From: Octopus sinensis
Taxonomy: Eukaryota
Direction of reading: 5' to 3'
Assembly: GCF_006345805.1 (NCBI RefSeq)
Contig: NC_043011.1
Coordinates: forward strand, 53,518,464-53,582,463
DNA: 64,000 nt
Shown: piece after piece, positions 52,897-64,000 of the stretch
Position numbering within the stretch: the first letter of the stretch is position 1
Layout: every line of letters starts with the position of its first letter
Notes under the pieces: model-generated
What the model saw: the letters and a program-made list of their open reading frames with translations, nothing else
What the model was told of the DNA's origin: nothing
Database searches by the model: none
Made by a program: the position numbers and the translations under genes

Positions 52897-53297
52897 GGCG
52901 CAGGAGTGGCTGTGTGGTAAGTAGCTTGCTAACCAACCACATGGTTCCGGGTTCAGTCCCAATGCATGGCACATTGGGCAAGTGTCTTCTGCTATAGCCT
53001 TGGGCCGACCAATGCCTTGTGAGTGGATTTGGTAGACGGAAACTGAAAGAAGCCTGTCGTATATATGTATATATATATATATATAAGTGTGTGTCTGTGT
53101 TTGTCCCCCTAGCATTGCTTGACAACCGATGCTGGTGTGTTTACGTCCCCATCACTTAGCGGTTCGGCAAAAGAGACCGATAGAATAAGTAGTGGGCTTA
53201 CAAAGAATAAGTCCCGGGGTTGATTTGCTCGACTAAAGGCGGTGCTCCAGCATGGCCGCAGTCAAATGACTGAAACAAGTAAAAGAGTAAAAGAGAG
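52897..53297 (+). mobile_element. SINE family A, full length
   Basis: GGCGCAGGAGTGGCTGTGTGG ... GAAACAAGTAAAAGAGTAAAAGAG. Confidence 0.92.
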
Positions 53298-53782
53298 AGC
53301 ACGGAAACACATTGGTTTTCCTCTGAATCAAGCACCAGTTACATTGACTTGTACTTTTGCTTCTTAATGTTATAAATTGCTAAGGCTGCGAGCTTGGCAG
53401 AATTGTTAGTAGGCTGGGCAAAATGCTTAGCAGAATTATGTTGAGAGTTCATATTGTGCCAAGGTCGACTTTGCCTTTCATCCTTTCAGAGTAGATGAAA
53501 TAAGTAGCAATTGAATACTAAACCCCACCCCTGAAATTGCCACAATTTGAAACCAATGTCATAAATTGTTGAAGAACCTTTATTATTTTCACACATAATA
53601 GCAGTACGGTGAGAGTTAGTAATGAGTTCAATGATGAATTTAGTGTGCATGTAAGAGTTCACTAAAGCTCAACTTTCAATCCCTTTCTGTTCATCATAGT
53701 TCTCCAGATCATAACAGAAAGTTATGAGGGCCTTGTTCTTAAGCTGAATCTGTAGTTGAATTAGAAAAGAAATTCTTGATAT

Positions 53783-54192
53783 GGCACAGGAGTGGCTGTG
53801 TGGTAAGTAGCTTGTTTACCAACCACATGGTTCCGGGTTCAGTCCTACTGCGTGGCACCTTGGGCAAGTGTCTTCTACTATAGCCTCGGGCCGACCAAAG
53901 CCTTGTGAGTGGATTTGGTAGACGGAAACTGAAAGAAGCCCGTTGTATATATGTATATATATATATGCGTGTGTGTGTTTGTGCGTCTGTATTTGTCCCC
54001 CTAGCATTGCTTGACAACCGATGCTGGTGTGTTTATGTCCCCGTTACTTAGCGGTTCGGCAAAAGAGACCGATAGAATAAGTACTGGGCTTACAAAGAAT
54101 AAGTCCCGGGGTTGATTTGCTTGATTAAAGGCGGTGCTCCAGCATGGCTGCAGTCAAATGACTGAAACAAGTAAAAGAGTAAAGAGTAAAGA
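53783..54192 (+). mobile_element. SINE family A, full length
   Basis: Same structure as 52897-53297. Confidence 0.92.
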
Positions 54193-54552
54193 GATATGGA
54201 AGCATAAATTGTTGAAAAACCTATATTATATGCACACACAATAGCAGTATAGCGAGAGTTAACAATGAGTTCAGTGATAAATATAGTGTGCATGTAAGAA
54301 TTCACCAAGGCTCAGCTCTCACTCCCCTTCTGTTCATCATTGTTCTCCAGACCATAACAGTAAGCTCAATATCATTCCTTACTACTTTATTTCCCATTGA
54401 AGAACCCTTTCCCATGAACATCCTCTCATACCTGCCACCGACATCCACTTTGCCTCTCTCTATATCCACTCCTGTGAGCCTCTGACATTTGTTGCTGTCT
54501 TTGGTGCATCTTTTCTTTCTCTAACACTTCACATCAACTCCTTATTTCTCAG

Positions 54553-55203
54553 CAGTGGTTCTCAACCAGGGCCCATATAAGATTTTTGGGTGTCTATACA
54601 ACAAAGAAATAAATTGGGGAGCCACAATATTTTAAGGACTCCTGAAAGAAAAATTTGCTTTAGATATATGTATTGGTGTGGAGGTGCAATGGCCCAGTAG
54701 TTAGGGCAGCAGACTCGTGGTCAGAGGATTGCAGTTTCAATTCCCAGGCCAGGCATTGTGTGTGTTTATTGAGCAAAAACACCTAAAAGCCCCACGAGGC
54801 TCCGGCAGGGGTTGGTGGTGATCTGTTGTATTCTTTCGCCCCAACTTTCTCTCACTCTTTCTTCCTGTTTCTTGAGTAATGCTGCAATGGACTGGCGTCC
54901 CGTCCAGCTGGGGGGAACACATATGCCACAGAAACCGGGAAACTGGGGCCCATGAGCCTGGCTAGGCTTGAAAAGGGCACATAAATAAATAAAAAGCATG
55001 TATTGGTATATATTACAAGAAAGAGTGAGGTTTCTTTCTTTCAACATTTTACTTAATTCAACCTACAATTTAATGTATGTAAACATTAATAAATAACATT
55101 CCTTAAAACAAGTTTTAAACACTGAATGGCTATGGGGATCTGCCAGAATGAAATAGTAATCAAAGTGGGTTTCATAAATAAAAAAAAGGGTTGAGAATCC
55201 CTG
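54553..55203 (-). mobile_element. hAT-like MITE interrupted by SINE F (54677-54995, plus strand, tail type 2)
   Basis: CAGTGGTTCTCAACC / GGTTGAGAATCCCTG TIRs. Confidence 0.8.
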
Positions 55204-55970
55204 ATCCACAGGTTTCATTTTATGTATTGTCACCAATCATCCCCTCCTCCTCTCTGACTCATTGCTATTTTCCTTTACCTTCTTCCAAACTGAGATTCAT
55301 CATTAACCACACCTCCAACCATTTTCACCATTCACCTCAATCTCCATCACTCACCATCTGTCACACTCCTTCCAAACTTACTCACCATCCTTCATATTTT
55401 CGGTCCCTCTTCTCTCTTGATCGACTTTCTTGTACATTGAGAGCATACCATCACATCTCATTTCCCCTATTCATTCTCGTTTCCAAGTTGGGGTGGCCAT
55501 GCATCTCCCTTTACAGCAAGATACCTGTTCTTGTCCTCTTTTATATTTCAACTTTTTAACACCAGACACAAAGCCACCTCTTTCAGTGCTACACTCCCAG
55601 TCTGTCGAGGGCATCTTTTCTTGCAAGTTACTTGGGGACTTCACAAGTAACAGAGCCATGGAAAAGCACCCAGCACTCACTGTAGAGTGGTTGATGTTAA
55701 GAAGGGTGTCCAGACATAGAGACCATGCTGAGGCTCAATGAAGTCCTTTGCCTTGTCAGTTCCTGTTGAACTGGCCAAAATATGTCAGCATGGAATACAG
55801 ATGTTAAATGAAGATGATGGTGATGGTGATGATGCTGATGATGATGATGATCATCATCATTATCATCATCATCATCAACAACATATTTATGTCTATTCTT
55901 CCATGCTGCTATCATATATTTAGTTCAATTGGTGTTTGAGTCTCACGTTGGATGAACACACACACACATG

Positions 55971-56004
<34 letters not shown>

Positions 56005-56669
56005 CATACATACATATAGAGGTATAGATGCTTACACACATCTATACATTACATATAATTCACATTTTTGTTCATACATATGTATAAACAGATATACATA
56101 TATAAATGTATACATATATATATATATACATAACACACAGAGACATGTATTTTCATGCACACACATATATATACATATATATGCTTATATATATATATAT
56201 ACACATACATAGATTATATATATATATAAATACACATAAATACATACATACACATATATATATATAGATATATACATACATACATAGATACATACACACA
56301 AATATACAGGATGAGACACATACATTCTGCGTCTACTTTGTATGCTATCTCTCTCTCCTATCTTATTTGTCATGGGAATGAATCTGCTTGAAACAACATC
56401 AAGGAAGGAATCCAATGGGGGTGATAGTAGTGAAGTCTGCTACCTGCAAGCCACCAATGAGACACTTCATGGATGACCTAACTCTAACAGCTTCCTCCAA
56501 CCCGTTTACAGGCAAGCCAGGTCCTGAAGGTATTGCATGATGTGGCAACAAGGGCAAAAATGAAGTTCAGAAATGCGTAAGTAACCAGAAAGTTTTAACT
56601 CCAAGTTCAGGATGGGGTTTAAACCATCAAGAGAGGAGTACCCAATAAAATATTATACAAAAATGATGC

Positions 56670-56784
56670 CACATGGTTCTGGGTTAAGTCCCACTGCATG
56701 GCACCTTGGGCAAGTGTCTTCTGTTAGAATTTCATATCAACCAAAGCCTTGCGAATGGATTTGGAAAATGGAAACTGAAAGACA

Positions 56785-56822
<38 letters not shown>

Positions 56823-56979
56823 AGTGGCTGTGTGGTTAGTAGCTTGCTTACCAACCACATGGTTCCAGGTTCAATCCCACTATGTGGCACCTTGGGCAAG
56901 TGTCTTCTACTATAGTCTCGGGCCGACCAAAGCCATGCTAGTGGATTCGGTAAACAGAAACTGAAAAAGAAGCCCATTG

Positions 56980-57012
<33 letters not shown>

Positions 57013-57203
57013 GTATATATATGTTTGTGTGTCTGCGTTTGTCTCCCCAACATTGCTTGAGAACCAATGCTGGTGTGTTTACATCCCCGTAACTTAGCGG
57101 TTCAACAAAAAAGGACCGATAGAATAAGTACTGGGGTTGATTTCCTCAACTAAAAGCAGTACTCCGGCATGGCTACAGTCAAATGACTGAAACAAATAAA
57201 AGA
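56670..57203 (+). mobile_element. Tandem/nested SINE family A copies
   Basis: Partial head 56670-56790 followed by a near-full copy from 56821. Confidence 0.85.
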
Positions 57204-57654
57204 CTAAATATATATAATATACATATATATAGATATCATCATCATCATTTAATGTCTGGTCTCCATGATGACATGGGTCGGATGGCTTGACATGGAGCTG
57301 GCTAGCTGGGAGCTGTCCAGATATATAGATATATATAATGTATGTGTGTGTACATTTGTGTCTGTGTTTGACCCCCACACTGCTGCTTGACAATCGGTGT
57401 TAGTTTGTTTACATCCCCATAACTTAATGGCTTGGCAAATGAGATTGATAGAATAAGTAGGAGGCTTAAAAATAAGTACTGAGGTTAATTTGTTTGACTA
57501 AAAATTTAAGGATGGCCCCAGCATGGCCACAGTCTAATGACTGAAACAAGTAAAAGGTTAAGATGAAAAAATGTCTGTCTTGTTGTCAGAAGCAGTGCAT
57601 TCTATACAGACAAACAGACAGATGATTAGTGAGGAAGTCAGAGGAAGTTAGGGA

Positions 57655-57995
57655 AAAATTAAGGCCTGGGTCTTCTTGCACAGGCTTCTACCAAAACTCT
57701 GGGTAGCATATGTCTGGGTATTGACAGTCAAAGAAGTGCAGATGCAATCTGTAGAATTAATTGAGAGATGGGAGAGCAAACAGATCTGCCGATGGCTTGG
57801 AATTCCACCAACTTTCATGCTGGCGAAGTGGGGGGACAGATTAGGGTTGGGTAGTTATGGCTGCCCCAAATATCAAGTTCAAGAAGCGTTCAAGTTGACA
57901 AAGGGTAGGGTTGTGATGTATAGAGATTGCAGCCATGAAAAGATCAGTGATTGCAGATGTCACCACAAGATTAGATCACAAGCAGAAAACTGGCT
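57655..57995 (+). pseudogene. Decayed RLE-type (HERO-like) LINE fragment
   Basis: LLPKL..SVELIERWESKQICRWLGIPPTF..QEAFKLTKGRVVM.RD..EKI resembles the post-RT region of HERO-type elements. Confidence 0.45.
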
Positions 57996-59258
57996 GAAGA
58001 TCATCATCATCATCATCTATTTTCCATGCTGGCATGGGTTTATCAGTTTGACTGGAATTGGTTAGCAGAAGAGCTGCACCTGGTTCCAGTCTGTTTTAGC
58101 TTGGTTTCCACAGCTGGATGCCCTTCCTAACACCAATCACTCGATAGAGTGTACTGAGTGCCTTTTACATGTCACTAGCTCAGGTGCCTTTAACTTGTTA
58201 CTGGCACGGGTGCCTTTTACATATCACCAGCTTGGGCTCCTTCTATGTGTCACTGGCACAGATGCCTTTCCTGTGCCATCAACACTGGCCATGATTACAA
58301 TTTCACTTAGCTTGATGTGTCTTCTCAAGCACAGCAAATTGCTAAAAGTCTCGGTCACTTGTCATCATGTCTGTGAGATTCAATATCTGAAGATCATATT
58401 TCATCAGCTCATCCCATGTTTTCCTGGATCTATCTCTTCCACCAGTTCCCTCCACAGGTAGAGATTGGCACTTCTAGGAATCAATGTATAAGAATATAAA
58501 GAATCAGAAGAACACAATTGCAGCAATAGAGGAAAGAGGACCTAAGGCAGAAGAGACACAGGAACCAAGCCAAAGTCTGATACCTTAAAAGAAAGAAGGG
58601 TGAAAGTCATGGTCTCTGGAACATAGATCACAAGGCACCATTTATAAAAGGGAACCTGTCAAAGTCGGTTATGTGTTATGGAGCTTGGAGATTGGAGTCC
58701 TTGGAAAAGCAGGAAAGGTGAGGAAGAGAAGAGCTTCATAAGTTAAGTTAAACAGTAGAATGATTTCTTGTTGACTACGGGACAAGTGGCAGGGATTGAG
58801 TCAAAAGATGAGCAGGGACTGGCTAACTGGTTTTAAAGTGTGAGGAAAGATAGATGGCACCTGAAGACTTTGGTTGAAAGTTAGTTCTAAGAAAATGACT
58901 ATCAGTCAGAATTTACAGAAAATGCATCTAATATGTATATATATATATACTCTTTTACTTGTTTCAGTCATTTGACTGTGGTCATGCTGGAGCACCGCCT
59001 ATAGTTGAGCAAATCAACCCCAGGACTTATTCTTTGTAAGCCTAGTACTTATTCTATCAGTCTCTTTTGCCAAACCGCTAAGTTACAGGGATGTAAACAC
59101 ACCACTATCAGTTGTCAAGCGTTGTTGTGGGGACAAACACAGACACATAAACATATACACATGCATACATACATAGCAGTAGACACTTGCCCAAGGTGCC
59201 ATGCAGTGGGACTGAACCTGGAACCATGTGGTTGGGAAGCAACCACACAGCCATGCCT

Positions 59259-59622
59259 ATATATGAGACAAGTTACAGATAATGGTCATTTCATATTTTT
59301 CCTTAATTAGAGCAAATTTGGCTTACAACTGTTTCTAGGAATCATTGTAGGTCCATTACTGATATGCTTACTCAACTGAGCAAAATTGAATGACCTAAGA
59401 AAATTAATGCTACTTTTATCAGAGCCATTTCTGGTTAAATGGCTCTGACAAAAGTAACATTAACATTTTAGGTTGTTCAGCTTTTCTCAATTGATCAATA
59501 ACTCAATTGAGAAACCTATGAGTAACGAACCTATAATGACTACTGGAAACAGCTGTAAGCCATATTTGCTCTGATAAAGGAAAATTATGTAATGACCATT
59601 ATGTATAACCTGGTCTTATATA
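59259..59622. mobile_element. Diverged ~360-bp palindrome carrying a hammerhead-like motif on each strand
   Basis: Centre AGAGCCATTT-ctggtt-AAATGGCTCT (59421-59446); plus motif AAATGGCT-CTGACAA-A-AGTAACATTA...TAATGACTACT-G-GAAA(59546-49)-CAGCTG-TA-AGCCAT. Confidence 0.8.
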
Positions 59623-60318
59623 TCACTCTGTAAAAACCAGTTTGTCTAGAGCCTGACCACGGATTTACAATATAGAGTTGTGATAAACCATAACCGTGGA
59701 CCCTGCCATAAGAATATTTGGAGGTTTTCTCTAAGCTAAACAATATTGTTTGCCTGTTGTACCAGCAAAGAACTTATGAAGTATTTTGCCCAGACTGACA
59801 ATCCTCACTATTAGCTCTACATATGATGGGCTTCTTCCAGTTTCCGCCAACCAATTCCACTCACGGAACTTGGTTGGCCTGAGGATATAGAGAAGACATT
59901 TGCCCAAGGTGTCATGCAGTGGGACTGAACCCAAACCATCTGGTTGGGAAGCAAGCTTCTTACAACACATCCATACCTGCACCTATATATATTATCATCA
60001 TCAGAATGGTCATCATTTAATGTCCATGTTGGCATGGGTTGGGCACAGTTTGATAAGGACCCAGGGAGTAATGGTCTGCACCATACTCCAAAGTTTCCAC
60101 AGCTGGATGCTTTTCCAAATGCCAACCACCTTACAATGTGTATTGGGTGCTTTTTTTCATGCTATCAGTACTATTGAGGTCATTATGTAGCTTGTAAGTC
60201 AAGAAACCCAAGGAGGGAGCACATTACCTCTGTACATTAAATGAGGGCCATGATATGAGGAAAGAGGTTGGAGTAGAGCAGGTTTCTGTTGTATAGGAAC
60301 TACATGGCTGTGTATGTA

Positions 60319-61624
60319 CAAGGTGGGAGCAGAGAGGACGGTCATCGTCATTTTTGAAAAATTCACAAAATTATTAATTTTAGCTGCAAACAAATTTTAT
60401 TGACATCAATGTGTTTGTATTGAATTAGCATTTGTCATAATCAAGAGAGGAAAACATCCTTCATGTGGTGTCTGTTTTTATTGATGCATTTCTGAAGGCA
60501 TTCTTGGAAGTTGGACACCACTCTCTCTAGTATTGTTCTGTTGATTTGTGTGACTTCCTTCAAATCATCCAATGTACGGGGCTTATGTGCATACACACGA
60601 GCCTTGAGGCTCATGTGTATGCACATGAAATAATTACACATGGTCAAATCAGTGGACCGAGGAATGTCAGGAAACCTGGAAATGAGGCAGTCACCAGAGA
60701 GAGGCTCTGGCTGTGTGGGTTCGTTGAACCAACCTGCTGAAATCACATAAGTCGAATAGGCTTACATTTTCATCGTAATTCAGGTACAAAGAAGTTGTTT
60801 ATCATCTTCATGTAATGCTCGGAGTTCACAGTAACAGCATTTCCATTACTGTCTTCAAAAAACGTAAGGACCAATGATGGCAGCTTTTCCAACAGCACAC
60901 CAGACAGTCACTTTTGGGCCGAGCAGTGGTCTTTCGTGCAGGTCTCTCGGATTTTCAAGAGCCCAATAACAACAGTTCTATTGATTCCCCATGCCATTGA
61001 GGTGAAAATGAGCTTCATCATTCATTAACAAAACGAGGTTGCCATTTGCCTCAAAAATTGCTTCCATCTGACGTGTGAAGTTAAGCCGCTGTGCGTAGTA
61101 CCATGGTTTCAACTGCTGCCCAATGGCCAATCTGTACGGGTGGAAATGGTGGTCTCTATGCAAAATACACCTTACCAATTGATTATCGATGCCAAATTCA
61201 GTGGAATGCCTCTGAGCAGAGTGATTCAGACTCCTTATCAAATCTTGTCTGATGCATTCCACATTTTCTGGGGCCTGTACCATTTATGGCACCCCCACCG
61301 GTTTCTTATTCATTAGTGTACCTCGTGTATGAAGTGCATTCACCCAACATAAGATTGTGTTACAGGTGGGAACAGCCTGATTTTGGTGAACGTTGAAGTG
61401 GCACTAAAACTCACTGCTGTAACAGACTTGTTATTCTTCATGTAACTGTTATAGGAAAACATGCGATACTCTATCGTCCACAGTGCCATGGCTCCACCTG
61501 AAAAGAAAAAAAAACAAAATGCTAAGACACCATAAACTGAATGGAACCTGTTGGACATAAGTTTCTTCTCCCAGGGCTGAGTAATAGCCATTTCAAAAAT
61601 GTCCGTCCTCTCTGCCCCACCCTG
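60319..61624 (-). mobile_element. Full-length decayed Tc1/mariner-superfamily transposon (maT/rosa-like transposase)
   Basis: TIRs CAAGGTGGGAGCAGAGAGGACGG / CCGTCCTCTCTGCCCCACCCTG with TA on both sides; motifs NDEAHFHLNG, KVTVWCA, PRSTDLTMCNYF, LKARVYAHKPRTLDDLK across frameshifts. Confidence 0.9.
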
Positions 61625-61789
61625 TATATGAGTGTGAATATATACACATTTACATTCACACATCTTTCAGATTCCCTAATAGCTATGATCATGTGACATC
61701 AACCACAAAACACTTTAGATACAAGGAAATAATCCAGATTAGCAAAGCGCAATTAAAATATATACATAAATATACATGTGTTTATATAT

Positions 61790-62168
61790 ATCTTTTATCT
61801 TTTACTTGTTTCAGTCATTAGACTGCGGCCATACTGGGGCACCACCTTGAATTTTTAGTCGAATGAATTGAGCCCAATTCTTATTTTTAAAGCCGGGTAC
61901 TTATTCTATTGGTCTCTTTTACTGAACCGCTAAGTTACGGGGACGTAAACACATCAACACCGGTTGTGAAGCAGTGTTGAGGGGACAAACACAGACACAT
62001 ATATGATGGGCTTCTTTCAGTTTCTGTCTACCAAATGCATTCACAAGGCTTAAGTCAGCCTGAGGCTATAGCAGAAGACACTTGCCCATGGTGCTAAGCA
62101 ATAGGACTGAAACCCAGAACCATGTGGTTGGGAGACAGGCTTCTTACTACACAGCCACTCCAGTGCCT
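61790..62168 (-). mobile_element. SINE family A
   Basis: Colinear with family A. Confidence 0.85.
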
Positions 62169-62178
62169 ATATATATAT

Positions 62179-62380
62179 GTGACCACGTGTGTATCATTGG
62201 CGATTTTCTTTCTCGGTCTTCCCTTCCTTGGACCTTTCCCTTTTCTATGTTTCTGATGAAGAGCTCCGCTCGAAACGTTAAATCCTCCTTCTTTCTTTCC
62301 TTTCCTGAGCGTTCAATAACACTATACTTGTTCAGTGTCCTCGCGTTGTTGTGTTTTCTTTGTTCATGTTTGGATTAACT
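62179..62380 (+). mobile_element. ~200-bp hammerhead element between (TA)n tracts
   Basis: GTTT-CTGATGA(62253-59)-A-GAGC tcc GCTC-GAAA(62272-75)-CG-TT-AAAT; same family as 49882-50060 and the 3' fragment at 45167-45219. Confidence 0.82.
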
Positions 62381-62420
62381 ATATATATATATATATGCAC
62401 ACAACACACACACATATATA

Positions 62421-62610
62421 TCTTTTATTAAAAATGCAAAATTATCATAAGACTGTTACTCAGAGTTTCACATTCCCTCTCCAATGAACAAGAATGTGAA
62501 ACTGAATAGCAGTTCTGCGATAATTTTGAAGCTTTAATAAAAAAAGCATATTACTCTACCTTTGGTATTCGAGTACTATTTTTTCCACCTTGTTTTGCAC
62601 TTATGTACTC
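62421..62610 (+). mobile_element. Palindromic element with decayed hammerhead (family of 1973-2186)
   Basis: Arms ~62423-62475 / ~62492-62543; CCAATGAACAAGAATGTGAAACT remnant. Confidence 0.7.
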
Positions 62611-62959
62611 ACCTGTGTACATACATACATATATATATATATATTGTGAATACATTTACATACAAATCCATATCCATCATATTCTTACAACACAAACACC
62701 CATTATTTCTGCAATCAGAATATTTGCTACGCCTGATTCAACAAAGTGTATGTTCTCTGACGAGTCTCATTGAGCAACTGTTTTGCTGAAACAACAGTGG
62801 CCATGTTGTAAGAATAAGAACAAAACCCATTTTCTCTATATCTACCCCACCTTATGCGCACACACACACACACACACATACACATATTTACGCGTATACA
62901 TATACACGCATATATGCATACACATATCTACACACACACATATATGCATACACAGATCT

Positions 62960-63018
<59 letters not shown>

Positions 63019-63182
63019 TATATGCACACATACACTTGCAGTCTAAGGTAAAAGTACATTTTCTTAAATGCACACAAAAACATACATGTACCGAAGACTA
63101 GCGAAACAATAACCGCGGTTTTAATGGTAAATAACAATAACAACATGTACTCTTAGTTATCTCTCTTACAGGTTCACGGTAG

Positions 63183-63221
<39 letters not shown>

Positions 63222-63367
63222 GTGAAGTTATACATACACAGACACACGTACACGGTTTATTTTCCATCGCTAAAAACATATATTCATGTTGTTTTTTCCC
63301 CTGCATTTTACTTACACAAACACTAACATATGATAACAATTGTACACACATATACATACATACATAT

Positions 63368-63417
<50 letters not shown>

Positions 63418-63679
63418 GAATATGTTGTACACACGCGAACCATCTAATTTGACGAAAATATATTGTCAATAGTATAGGATATGGATGCGTATACGCATGT
63501 TTGCGTGCGTATATATACATGTATGTTCAATAAGGAGTACATTAATGAAATATTTTAAATTGTTCCCCACCAAATTCTCTCAACATCATCACTTTCTGAT
63601 GTTTGTTATTTTTTTGAATGACAAAAAAAAAGGTGTGTATGTATGTATGTGTGCGAGTGTTAATTAACGGGTGTCGGTA

Positions 63680-64000
63680 AAAGAAGGGGTTAAGAGAGAG
63701 AGAGAGAGGGTGTAAGCATGTATTAGAGAGGAAAGAGAGGGAATGAGGGCTTGAATACGTATTAGTGAGAGAGAGCAGAGAGGAAGAGAGGAAAGGGAAA
63801 AGAAGTAAAGAGAGAGAGAGAGAGAGAGGGGAGGAAAGGGAAACAAGGAAGGGAGGGAGAGAAAGATAGGGAGAGGGCGAGAGAAGTAAAGAGAGAGAGA
63901 GAGAGAGGAAATAGGTGAAAGAGTTTAAATATGTATAAGTGTACGAATGAAAGAGAAAGAAAGAAGAAAAATATGAGAGGAAAAGGGGGAGAGAAAAGAA
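63680..64000. repeat. GA-rich polypurine tract
   Basis: Direct reading. Confidence 0.9.

Noticed and set aside
52897-52975. tRNA gene-like A/B boxes (also at 22043, 30672, 49750, 54677)
   Set aside because: SINE heads continuing into SINE bodies; no complete cloverleaf or terminator

Overview
AT-rich, repeat-saturated animal genomic DNA (intron or intergenic). The SINE/MITE repertoire and microsatellite load are most consistent with a coleoid cephalopod (Octopus-like); this is an inference from repeat recognition. No host protein-coding gene can be called with confidence, and almost all ORF-track entries are microsatellite or SINE translations. The window holds at least four tRNA-derived SINE families plus a (GAT)n-tailed repeat, piggyBac-like and hAT-like MITEs, three Tc1/mariner relics (one full-length with both TIRs), and decayed LINE fragments (R4/Dong, CR1, RTE, CRE-like, L1/Tx1-like, HERO-like). 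The main unexplained structure is about 11 short non-coding inserts from roughly 9 unrelated families. Each carries a minimal type I hammerhead ribozyme motif (stem I - CUGANGA - stem II - GAAA - short, usually palindromic, stem III - UH). Most sit in (TA)n tracts, and many are built as long inverted repeats, sometimes with a ribozyme on each strand. One has a 17-bp target-site duplication inside a mariner ORF, and one appears to carry a G3-C8 swapped catalytic core. They look like Penelope-like-element pLTR derivatives or retrozyme-like non-autonomous elements.
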